DNA from: a virus
Taxonomy: Duplodnaviria > Heunggongvirae > Uroviricota > Caudoviricetes
Length of the DNA stretch: 17,400 nucleotides
Reading direction: 5' to 3' (one strand)
IMG/VR virus record: IMGVR_UViG_3300002220_006883
In this document: piece after piece, positions 7,821 through 15,436 of the stretch
How the letters are laid out: each line of letters begins with the position of its first letter
Numbering within the stretch: position 1 is the first letter of the stretch
Made by a program: the position numbers and the translations under genes
Notes under the pieces: model-generated
What the model was told of the DNA's origin: nothing
Databases searched by the model: none
What the model saw: only the letters and a program-made list of their open reading frames with translations

Positions 7821-8855
7821 TTATCTGATATTTTGTTTTTCTTGTTTACGTTTTTTCTCTTTAAACATTTCATTAATATCTAATTTTACTTTTGCAGCAT
7901 ATGTTGGTGCAATTCGTGGATAAAATTCAATTCCAGTTAATTTTTCTACTTCTTGAATAGGAACAATGAAATTAAAAATATTACATGGTCCACCATTGCA
8001 TGTGTATGCATTTTTAGGATCATCTAGTTTTTTTGTTTTTTCTGTTAAGATTTCCTGATTAGGTATAATAAAGGAAACAGCACCATAGGTAGGTGGATGG
8101 ACTAATGTTTTATAAAAATGAGTCGGAATTGGTGTTCCTGATTTATTAAGTTTACCTCTACTGTTTCCGTTTAAGTAGATAACTCCAGTATTGACATAAA
8201 CATAGTCTTTTTCCCAAGCCCATATACGAATTTGAGTTTCTAAATCTGCCCAAATAGTATTAGCTAAGTTATTGTAAACCATAGGAACAGTATTAGATAA
8301 TCTTTGGCTTTCTTCAATTGCTTTATTATTTATAGCATCTAAATCTTGTTGTTCGAGTTTGTCTCTATTAATTACCATATCTCTAACGGGAGCTAAAGGA
8401 ATTGGTAAATAAGGAGTTCCCAAGAAATCTTCAGGATTCATTTGGAATTTTTTGGGCAATCTATCATCTAAAGTAAGCTTTGCTGTATTTTTGTAAGGTG
8501 GAACTTCAAAATTAATTTTTTCTAAAGTCTCAACACTCCAAAGTGGTATTTTTAGTTTACTATCCACTTGAACAGAGAAGCTAACATTACATAACCATAA
8601 AGACCTTTTGTTAACTTCTTTATCTTTTACTCTGGGGGCACCCCAAGGATAAATAGTTGGGCATTGATTGTCTTTTTGAAAAGGCTCAATATCTTTTCCT
8701 TCAGTATCATCAACTACTTTGCCGCCAGCCTTGGAAGATAATATGTCTTCTACAAATCCACCAGGATTAAAAGCATAAGTGTTTGAAGATAAAACAAAAC
8801 CAAATAAGCCAAAAGAAATAATTTTTATTAATTTTTTAGATAATGTTCTTGCCAT
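7821..8855 (-). CDS. Secreted DNA/RNA non-specific endonuclease (NucA / PF01223) homologue, active site apparently degenerate
   Basis: Signal peptide (KKLIKIISFGLFGFVLSSNTYA). Family landmarks: KIPLWSVETL, DDRLP...PEDF.GTPY, LAPVRDM, LSNTVP, IWADLETQIR, YVNTGVIY, IPTHFYK, SFIIPN, EVEKLTGIEFYP. LPIP stands where DRGH is expected. Confidence 0.8.
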   Translation of the reverse strand: MARTLSKKLIKIISFGLFGFVLSSNTYAFNPGGFVEDILSSKAGGKVVDDTEGKDIEPFQKDNQCPTIYPWGAPRVKDKEVNKRSLWLCNVSFSVQVDSKLKIPLWSVETLEKINFEVPPYKNTAKLTLDDRLPKKFQMNPEDFLGTPYLPIPLAPVRDMVINRDKLEQQDLDAINNKAIEESQRLSNTVPMVYNNLANTIWADLETQIRIWAWEKDYVYVNTGVIYLNGNSRGKLNKSGTPIPTHFYKTLVHPPTYGAVSFIIPNQEILTEKTKKLDDPKNAYTCNGGPCNIFNFIVPIQEVEKLTGIEFYPRIAPTYAAKVKLDINEMFKEKKRKQEKQNIR

Positions 8856-8920
8856 TTTTGTTTTTTCCGTCTAATTTAAATAAAATAATAATAAAAAAAT
8901 TAAATTGTGCAAGATTAAAA

Positions 8921-9466
8921 ATGAATAAACCAAATAAAGATTGGAAATTAATTCTCAAAACAAATACATATAATGGAATTTTCATAAAAAATTCTAAAGA
9001 ATACAATTGTTTAAGTAATTTATATAAAAACTTAGAAGAAATAGAAAAGATAAAAGATTATTTTATCTTATTACCAACTTTAACAGAGTTGGATGCAAAA
9101 AATACAACTGAATACTTATATAAATTTGCTCCATTATTGAAGTCTTTTGTTGAAAGTAATGATAAAAAGACTTTAATAACTGAAGAGGGGTTGTTAAATA
9201 TATTGCTCAAACAAGAGAAGAGAGTTAATTTTTTTAAATTTTTAATAAAACAAAAGAAAAATATTGTTGTTGTATGCAATGCAGATTATGAAGATTATGT
9301 TAAAGAAATACAAAATTATAAGTATTTAGTTATGTCTTCAGATGATTGGAAGAAAAATACAGAAATGTTTGAAAGGTTTGATGATATTAAAATAGCAATA
9401 TCTAAAACATATAATCCATTTAAAGATCCCATCTTCGCATTTAAACAATATCTTTTAAATAATTAA
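8921..9466 (+). CDS. Hypothetical protein
   Basis: Open frame 8843-9466. ATG 8921 avoids overlap with the divergent nuclease-like gene. No motif recognised. Confidence 0.7.
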   Translation: MNKPNKDWKLILKTNTYNGIFIKNSKEYNCLSNLYKNLEEIEKIKDYFILLPTLTELDAKNTTEYLYKFAPLLKSFVESNDKKTLITEEGLLNILLKQEKRVNFFKFLIKQKKNIVVVCNADYEDYVKEIQNYKYLVMSSDDWKKNTEMFERFDDIKIAISKTYNPFKDPIFAFKQYLLNN

Positions 9467-9482
9467 TATGTTGTTAATAACA

Positions 9483-10004
9483 TCAATCAACCCATTTATT
9501 ATTAATGCTACTTTTTGGTATTGATAACATATCTTTATTAGATTGAAAGAAGTTAGAATCTAAAAGTAATACTTCATTCCAAATTATTTGTTGATGTTCA
9601 ACACTAAGTCTATATAATACTTTTATTTTATTTATTTCTTCACTAAATTTTTCAATAAATCCATGATTACTAACTGTAATAGCATTATTTTTTGTATTTT
9701 TAATAATTTCGATTATTTCTTTTGTTGGGGAAAGTATCTTTTCATAAAAAGTAAGTATTTTAATTAACATAGGTGAATCATTTGTTTTTTCAAAGATAAC
9801 ACATTTAAAATTAATTATTACCATAATAGTTAATTTGTTATTAATTGTGTTTACATAAATGACTGCATGTTCATTTTTTTGGGCATCTTTTACATTATCA
9901 TAAAATATTGGATAGATGTAATTATTAAAATAATATTTTGATATAAAAAACATAAAGTATCTCTGGTTGTGAGATACTTTATAATCAATAGTACATTTTG
10001 TCAA
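9483..10004 (-). CDS. Hypothetical protein (start uncertain: TTG 10004 or ATG 9953)
   Basis: Open frame filling the gap between genes. The TTG start coincides with a TTGACA box followed 17 nt later by TAAAGT, so ATG 9953 may be the real start. Confidence 0.6.
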   Translation of the reverse strand: MTKCTIDYKVSHNQRYFMFFISKYYFNNYIYPIFYDNVKDAQKNEHAVIYVNTINNKLTIMVIINFKCVIFEKTNDSPMLIKILTFYEKILSPTKEIIEIIKNTKNNAITVSNHGFIEKFSEEINKIKVLYRLSVEHQQIIWNEVLLLDSNFFQSNKDMLSIPKSSINNKWVD

Positions 10005-10006
10005 TT

Positions 10007-11587
10007 TTAATTTTTATTTTTAAATGCATTAGTTCTTTTTTCCATATTTTCACCATAAATCTGACGCAAGGCTTTTAATTTATGTTCTGTTGAAATAACA
10101 ATAGGTTCACCTTGATTGCTTACGCTAGGTTGGGGCATTTTATAGTTAGTGTGGAAATATTGATCATATACTTGATTGTTTCTTCTTATTTTAGCTAAAA
10201 CTAATTCAGCTTGAGAGTCATATCTCATTTTCTCTCTAATTTGTAAAATTTTATTATTAATTCCTATTTTATCTAATTCAGGATTATTTTTTTCAACTAA
10301 ATATTCAAAAGCACCTTTTAGTTTAATAGATAATGAACTGAATTTTTTTTCTTGTAAAATCCAATTCTCCCAATGCTTTGAATTATCTTTAATTGTCATT
10401 CCAATTTCAGGATATACTGAATAATGTTCTTCAATTAAGCTTCTTATGTTCATAATGTAGCGACCACTATTATGAAATTTCTTATTAAATTGATTTAGAA
10501 ACTTTTCCTTAAAAGCAGTAATCATACGACCAAATACTGGAACTTTTTCAAGAAATGAATTATTTTCTAATTTGGCAGATTTAGAGTCTTTATGTAAAGT
10601 ATCAAATAAGTTATAACCTTCACCACTCTTTTGGTATCCCAATAGACCAACCTTAGGAACTGGATCATTACTATGGTAAAACTCATGAAGTCTAGTATCT
10701 CTTTTAGGAGTTTTATCTACATTAAATTCTATATTTTTTAATGGAACATTAACACCTCTTATTATAGTATGATAAGCAAGGGTGAAAAGTTGATGATACC
10801 ATTTCTTTTCAGAACCTGGTGAACCAAATGTAAATCCCTTGATTGGTACAGGAAAATCTTCTTTTTTGTTATTTTTTAGAAATTCTTGAACCATAGCACC
10901 ACCTAAACTATGACCATTTACATGAAGTTCATCAATTTTATTATCTGGATTACTTACAAATTCTTTAATGTATTTTTCAAGTGGTTCAAAATGTTGATAA
11001 TAAGCTGTCATATCTAAATATGGACCTTTTAAATATTCTTTTATTCTAGAAAATTCAGTTCCTCTAAAACTTAAATGTAAAATATTTCCATCACCATTTG
11101 GATTTTTACTTGTTAATATAGATGCATGTGCTAAACCTTTATTAGCAGTATATTCTCCATCTTTATAGTTAAAAGAAGTGACATATTGATAAGCATTTAA
11201 AACCATATTCTGTGCTGGAATTTTTATTTTATTGTCTGGAATTGTATCAAATGTATTTTTCATGAAATGCCAAATCTTCATTTTGTACATCTCATCTTTA
11301 TTGTCGAAAGCTTTTTCTAAATAATTAGACATTTCTGATAATTCTTTTTTTAAATTGTTTCTCATCCAATCGTTTTCTTCGTATACAGAAAAGGATAAAA
11401 TTGAATTAATAAATGCTTCATCAGAAACTTGCAAATTTTTTATAATAGAATAAACACTCTTATTTTGGAAGTTAGCAAGAGAAGAATCACTTTTAACTTC
11501 ATGTGGAGTAAAAGAACCTTGTTTTAAGGTTAAAGGAATACCATTCGTATCTTTCAATAGAAGGTTTTTAATGTTCTCAATATTCAT
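10007..11587 (-). CDS. Class-3 lipase-like alpha/beta hydrolase (PF01764-like)
   Basis: HLSFRGTE, nucleophile elbow LHVNGHSLGGAMV (GHSLG at 10901-10915), FTFGSPG, HSNDPVPKVG (catalytic Asp) and a candidate catalytic His in FHNSGRY. Confidence 0.85.
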   Translation of the reverse strand: MNIENIKNLLLKDTNGIPLTLKQGSFTPHEVKSDSSLANFQNKSVYSIIKNLQVSDEAFINSILSFSVYEENDWMRNNLKKELSEMSNYLEKAFDNKDEMYKMKIWHFMKNTFDTIPDNKIKIPAQNMVLNAYQYVTSFNYKDGEYTANKGLAHASILTSKNPNGDGNILHLSFRGTEFSRIKEYLKGPYLDMTAYYQHFEPLEKYIKEFVSNPDNKIDELHVNGHSLGGAMVQEFLKNNKKEDFPVPIKGFTFGSPGSEKKWYHQLFTLAYHTIIRGVNVPLKNIEFNVDKTPKRDTRLHEFYHSNDPVPKVGLLGYQKSGEGYNLFDTLHKDSKSAKLENNSFLEKVPVFGRMITAFKEKFLNQFNKKFHNSGRYIMNIRSLIEEHYSVYPEIGMTIKDNSKHWENWILQEKKFSSLSIKLKGAFEYLVEKNNPELDKIGINNKILQIREKMRYDSQAELVLAKIRRNNQVYDQYFHTNYKMPQPSVSNQGEPIVISTEHKLKALRQIYGENMEKRTNAFKNKN

Positions 11588-11655
11588 GTTTATAGTTATT
11601 TTATATTTATTCTAATATTTTAATAAATATAAAGCATAAAAGCAAAAATTTAGAA

Positions 11656-12252
11656 TTAATTATTCTTTTGACTCTTAATATATTTTTCAAATTCTTCAAC
11701 AGAAGTTATTCCAGCAGGAATATCTTTCTCATCTTTTTTTTCAATATTGAAAAAAATTCTTTGACATTCATCATGAATAATTCTCATTGCTCTAAAGTGC
11801 ATATGTTTTACACCTAAAATAAATTTTTCTTGATTTTTATAGTTATCATATAAGTTTGGAACATCAAATTCCCAATCATAGAATACACAACCACGAGCAA
11901 CATCAACTTTTGGTTCATTACTCCATCCCCATATATAATAAACTTCATTGTGAGAATCTGATGCAAATGCTCCCTGCAACTCATCATCATTTAAGGCAAT
12001 TCCTACTTTCAATGTGTCGCCTAACTGCCATAAAGAATAAAAAATACTAAATTTTTTATCATAAAATTCACCATTAATTTGAACAACCATATCACCATAC
12101 TCTGAATTAATAAAGGTCTTATCCATGTTGGGATAAACATAATATTGAGCTTGATTTAAAACCTCATCAATTTTAGATGGGGGAGTATTTAAATGATTTA
12201 TAATTTGTTGAAAAAAGTCTTGTCTTTTAGCTAAAAGAGTAGGTTTATCCAT
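11656..12252 (-). CDS. Hypothetical protein (MDKPTLL...)
   Basis: Strong SD AGGAG just upstream of ATG 12252, which is preferred over the track's TTG at 12306. Aromatic-rich, no family recognised. Confidence 0.8.
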   Translation of the reverse strand: MDKPTLLAKRQDFFQQIINHLNTPPSKIDEVLNQAQYYVYPNMDKTFINSEYGDMVVQINGEFYDKKFSIFYSLWQLGDTLKVGIALNDDELQGAFASDSHNEVYYIWGWSNEPKVDVARGCVFYDWEFDVPNLYDNYKNQEKFILGVKHMHFRAMRIIHDECQRIFFNIEKKDEKDIPAGITSVEEFEKYIKSQKNN

Positions 12253-12278
12253 GATATTCTCCTTTTGGGGTAAAATAA

Positions 12279-12306
12279 ATGTTAACACTAGATAATTAAA
12301 AGTCAA
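12279..12306 (-). promoter_or_regulatory. sigma70-like promoter with extended -10
   Basis: TTGACT (12306-12301), 16 nt, TAACAT (12284-12279) preceded by TGn; about 27 nt upstream of ATG 12252. Confidence 0.5.
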
Positions 12307-12418
12307 TAATTAGTCATATGGAATTGATATTCAGACTGATAAGCTGAGTATCAATCAAAAAGTAAATCAACCTTCCCTGGACATTCCGAATACCCATTAT
12401 TTTTAATTCCTATTACAA

Positions 12419-12447
12419 TTGACATAATTTAGATTTTAAATTATTTT
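12419..12447 (+). promoter_or_regulatory. Possible sigma70-like promoter
   Basis: Perfect TTGACA (12419-12424), 17 nt, weak -10 TATTTT (12442-12447). Confidence 0.35.
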
Positions 12448-12453
12448 TTTTTG

Positions 12454-13320
12454 ATGTGGAAAATAATAATAAATAATTTATCAGAGTTTAGAAAATTAAC
12501 AATAAGAGATTATTGTTTAAATTCCCTTAAATTATTTAATTTATCTCTATTGGAATCTAAAGTCGTCAACGAAATAGTGAAAAAAAACCCACAAAATGAT
12601 TTTTTCCCTGAAAGTTTAAACTTATACAATAAATTCAATAATGGAGAAATTGAATTTATTATAAATTTCATAATTAATTATAGTGAATTAGATAACAGAT
12701 GGTTTGATATAGATAATCTTTATAAGAATATGTCTAAACAAGAAATATATAAATCAACATTCAATTATATAAATGAGTTGTCTTTTTTTAAAAGAATGAT
12801 TATTTCTCCAGAAGAATTAATGAGTAAAGATTTTACAGATGATAAATTAAAAACATTTTTATTTTTATTTTTTTTACCTGTGTGGGAGGAAAATGAAATG
12901 TTATTTCACCATAGCAAACAAATACCATTATTATGTTGCTCTAAAATAAATAATGAATTTTTTGATGTATTACTAGAGTTAATGTTAATATATGAAAAAG
13001 AAGAAATACTTAGAACAATAACCGATAAAAACCTAAATCATTTATTAATTGAAAATTTTATGGAAAATGCATCAAAATTACATTCTTTTGAAAATCAAGT
13101 TAATTGGGAAGAAGTGCTTCCTATATATAAAATTAAAAAGCTATTGGATATTAATTGCTCCATTAAAAATATAAAAGAAACAATACCACAAAGGTTTCTA
13201 GTATTATTTGAAGATATACCAGAATTTTTAATAAACTTAGAATCAAGATATTTATATGAAAAACTAGATAGTAGTTTAAAGATAAATATAAATAAAAAAG
13301 AAGATATTATTAAAATTTAA
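12454..13320 (+). CDS. Hypothetical protein
   Basis: 289-codon open frame (TTG 12451 / ATG 12454). No SD seen and no family recognised. Lys-rich C-terminal tail. Confidence 0.75.
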   Translation: MWKIIINNLSEFRKLTIRDYCLNSLKLFNLSLLESKVVNEIVKKNPQNDFFPESLNLYNKFNNGEIEFIINFIINYSELDNRWFDIDNLYKNMSKQEIYKSTFNYINELSFFKRMIISPEELMSKDFTDDKLKTFLFLFFLPVWEENEMLFHHSKQIPLLCCSKINNEFFDVLLELMLIYEKEEILRTITDKNLNHLLIENFMENASKLHSFENQVNWEEVLPIYKIKKLLDINCSIKNIKETIPQRFLVLFEDIPEFLINLESRYLYEKLDSSLKININKKEDIIKI

Positions 13321-13343
13321 AAAGCCTTGAGATTCAAGGCTTT
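13321..13343. terminator. Palindromic hairpin, copy 3 (AAAGCCTTGA-GAT-TCAAGGCTTT); probable bidirectional terminator
   Basis: Perfect 10-bp inverted repeat starting right after the stop at 13320, before the convergent stop at 13355. Confidence 0.8.
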
Positions 13344-13354
13344 AATTTTTTAAA

Positions 13355-14281
13355 TTAAAAATTTAATGATATAATTTTCTTCTTATCTAAAGTTTTACCA
13401 TAAATCTTAATTAAATTTTTTCCATCAAAAAATAAAACATGACAAGTTGGTGTTTTTTCTGAAATAATTAAAGATTGAGCCCAATCTTTTTCAATAAAGT
13501 GAGTTAATCCATTAGAGGTAATAAATTTAACTTTTTCATCAATTAATGGGGAAAACCTAGTTTTACATAATTCAATAGTTAATCCATCTTTAGGTAAATC
13601 AATACTAGAAATTCCTGAAGTAGATAATATCTTTCTTTCAATACCTTCATTATCAAAGATTTCAATCCATTCTCCATGCAATTTTTTACCTAATGACTGT
13701 TCAAATACAGACTTACAATCATTTGATGAAAAACCTAATGCATAAGATGTTTCATCTGAAGCTTTAATGTTATTGCTGAGTAACCTGTCTAAATGGGTTT
13801 GTGGAGTAAAAGAACGCCACTCCCAAGGTGGTTGAAAATAACTAGTATGAAGAATACCACTTATATCTGGCTTATTGTTAGCTTTAGTATCTACAAGAGT
13901 AGAATAAGTGTGTAAGTTTATATTACTATAGTTTGTATTAAAAAATCGTTTAACTTCAGATAATGTTTCACCTGTTCCACAAATAGCATCAACATAAAGT
14001 AAATTTAATTCGGAATTTTGTGATTTTGCTCTTAATTCTAATGGTAAAAATAATTCATAATTTTCAAAATTAGTTTTTCTAGGTGCATTTAACACTCCCA
14101 TAGGAATAGAAAAATGATTAGAAATGATAGAACCAGGAATAGTTCCATTTCTTAATTTTGCTATTACACCATCAAACTTAATTTTTTTCTCTAATTGAAA
14201 ATTTTCAATTAATTCAAAATGATCCCAAACTAAATTCCCAAAATCTTGATAATCCATTTGTAAAACTTTTACTGGTAACAT
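13355..14281 (-). CDS. Divergent type I phosphoribosyltransferase (gpt/hpt-like) with an extra C-terminal domain
   Basis: DGVIAKLRNGTIPGSIISNHFSIP resembles the [IV]xRGGxxPxxxLS motif. LLYVDAICGTGETL is the PRPP-binding loop, and FQPPWE resembles the FPWE end of purine PRTases. About 150 extra residues follow. SD AGGA overlaps the guaC stop. Confidence 0.7.
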   Translation of the reverse strand: MLPVKVLQMDYQDFGNLVWDHFELIENFQLEKKIKFDGVIAKLRNGTIPGSIISNHFSIPMGVLNAPRKTNFENYELFLPLELRAKSQNSELNLLYVDAICGTGETLSEVKRFFNTNYSNINLHTYSTLVDTKANNKPDISGILHTSYFQPPWEWRSFTPQTHLDRLLSNNIKASDETSYALGFSSNDCKSVFEQSLGKKLHGEWIEIFDNEGIERKILSTSGISSIDLPKDGLTIELCKTRFSPLIDEKVKFITSNGLTHFIEKDWAQSLIISEKTPTCHVLFFDGKNLIKIYGKTLDKKKIISLNF

Positions 14282-14290
14282 ATTTTTCCT

Positions 14291-15409
14291 TTATTTTATA
14301 CTATTGCCATAAATATCATTAGTTTGAATAGTGGTTCTATAAAAAGTAGTTCTTTTTGGTAACTCTTTAAGATTTTTAGCTCCAACATATGTACATGCTG
14401 AACGAACGCCACCTAAAATATCCTGAATAGTATTATTTACATCACCACGATAAGGCAACTCAACTACTTTTCCTTCTGATGCACGATATTCAGCAACACC
14501 ACCAGAATATTTGTTCATAGCTTCAGAAGATGACATTCCATAAAATTTCAAGTACTTCTTACCTTCTTTTTCAAAAGGTTCCATTTCAGATTCAGTATGT
14601 CCAGCTAACATTCCACCTAACATAACAAAATCAGCATTTGCTCCAAAAGCTTTAGCTATATCAGCAGGAACGGTGCATCCACCATCACTACAAATATGCC
14701 CATTTAATCCATGTGCTGCATCAGCAGTATCTAAAATGGCAGAAAGTTGTGGGCGACCTACTCCAGCCATTTTACGAGTAGTACAAGCTGAACCGGGTCC
14801 AATGCCTACTTTAAGAATGTCAACACCATTAAATATTAATTCTTCAACAATATTTCCGGTTACAACATTGCCAGCCATTAAAATGATTTGAGGATGTTTC
14901 TTTCTAAATTCAGCGCAGAAATCAACAAAAGATTGCATATAACCGTTTGCCACATCTACACAAACCATTTTTATTCCATGATTGTTTTCAATTTTACCGC
15001 TTTCTTTCCAATAACCAACTTCTGATAAGACTTTTTCAAATTTTTCAATATCTTTTTTAACAATACCCATAGAATAAAAGCTATGTTGCATTGCATGCTT
15101 ATTTTGCTCTAAAAGTTCTTTGTCTTCTTTTTTGGTTTTTTTACTAAAAAATTCAATTAATTGTTCAATACTATAATGTTTATGAATTGCAGTCATGCAT
15201 TGATGTTGTGCTAAAGCTCTTGCCATTGTCATTGTTCCAACTGTATCCATGTTTGCAGCAATAACGGGAACACCTTCCCAATCATATTGAGCATTTGCGA
15301 AAGAGTATTTCTTAATAAGAGAAACTTCAGAACGTGAAGAAAGTGAAGAGCGTTTTGGTTCAATTAAAACATCTTTGAAGTCAAGCTGTAAGTCTTGTTT
15401 GATTTGCAT
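14291..15409 (-). CDS. guaC: GMP reductase (E. coli-type long form)
   Basis: LDFKDVLIEPKRS, VPVIAANMDTVGT, AIHKHY, CVDVANGY, MAGNVVT, KVGIGPGSACTTR (catalytic Cys), ADAAHG, SDGGC, FVMLGGMLAGH, FYGMSS, EYRASEGK, GGVRSACTYVGA and KRTTF. No CBS domains. The guaC-specific N- and C-terminal motifs separate it from IMPDH. Confidence 0.96.
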   Translation of the reverse strand: MQIKQDLQLDFKDVLIEPKRSSLSSRSEVSLIKKYSFANAQYDWEGVPVIAANMDTVGTMTMARALAQHQCMTAIHKHYSIEQLIEFFSKKTKKEDKELLEQNKHAMQHSFYSMGIVKKDIEKFEKVLSEVGYWKESGKIENNHGIKMVCVDVANGYMQSFVDFCAEFRKKHPQIILMAGNVVTGNIVEELIFNGVDILKVGIGPGSACTTRKMAGVGRPQLSAILDTADAAHGLNGHICSDGGCTVPADIAKAFGANADFVMLGGMLAGHTESEMEPFEKEGKKYLKFYGMSSSEAMNKYSGGVAEYRASEGKVVELPYRGDVNNTIQDILGGVRSACTYVGAKNLKELPKRTTFYRTTIQTNDIYGNSIK

Positions 15410-15436
15410 TTTATTTCCTTTATAAAAATCCGTATT

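Noticed and set aside
9468-9483. Weak inverted repeat ATGTTGTTAATAACAT at the fourth convergent junction
   Set aside because: Short, AT-rich, imperfect and unrelated to the AAGCCTTG family; too weak to call a terminator.
3673-10076. Half-sites of the palindrome (AAAGCCTTGG near 3673, AGCCTTGG near 8727, CAAGGCTTTT near 10067)
   Set aside because: They lie inside coding sequence and have no complementary arm, so they are not counted as family members.
11600-11633. 12-bp inverted repeat TTTATATTTATT / AATAAATATAAA upstream of the lipase
   Set aside because: Made only of A and T in a very AT-rich spacer, so easily explained by chance.
12336-12365. CTGATAAG resembling the hammerhead ribozyme core
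   Set aside because: It does not match CUGANGA, and no correctly placed GAAA or three-stem arrangement was found.
4216-13343. Palindromes as CRISPR repeats or integron attC sites
   Set aside because: They are kilobases apart, with no regular spacers or cas genes, and they lack the RYYYAAC/GTTRRRY ends and same-orientation cassette layout of attC arrays.
14291-15409. IMP dehydrogenase (guaB) as an alternative call
   Set aside because: The N-terminus (QDLQLDFKDVLIEPKRS), ANMDTVG, DVANGY, FYGMSS, ASEGK and KRTTF match GuaC, and there are no CBS domains.
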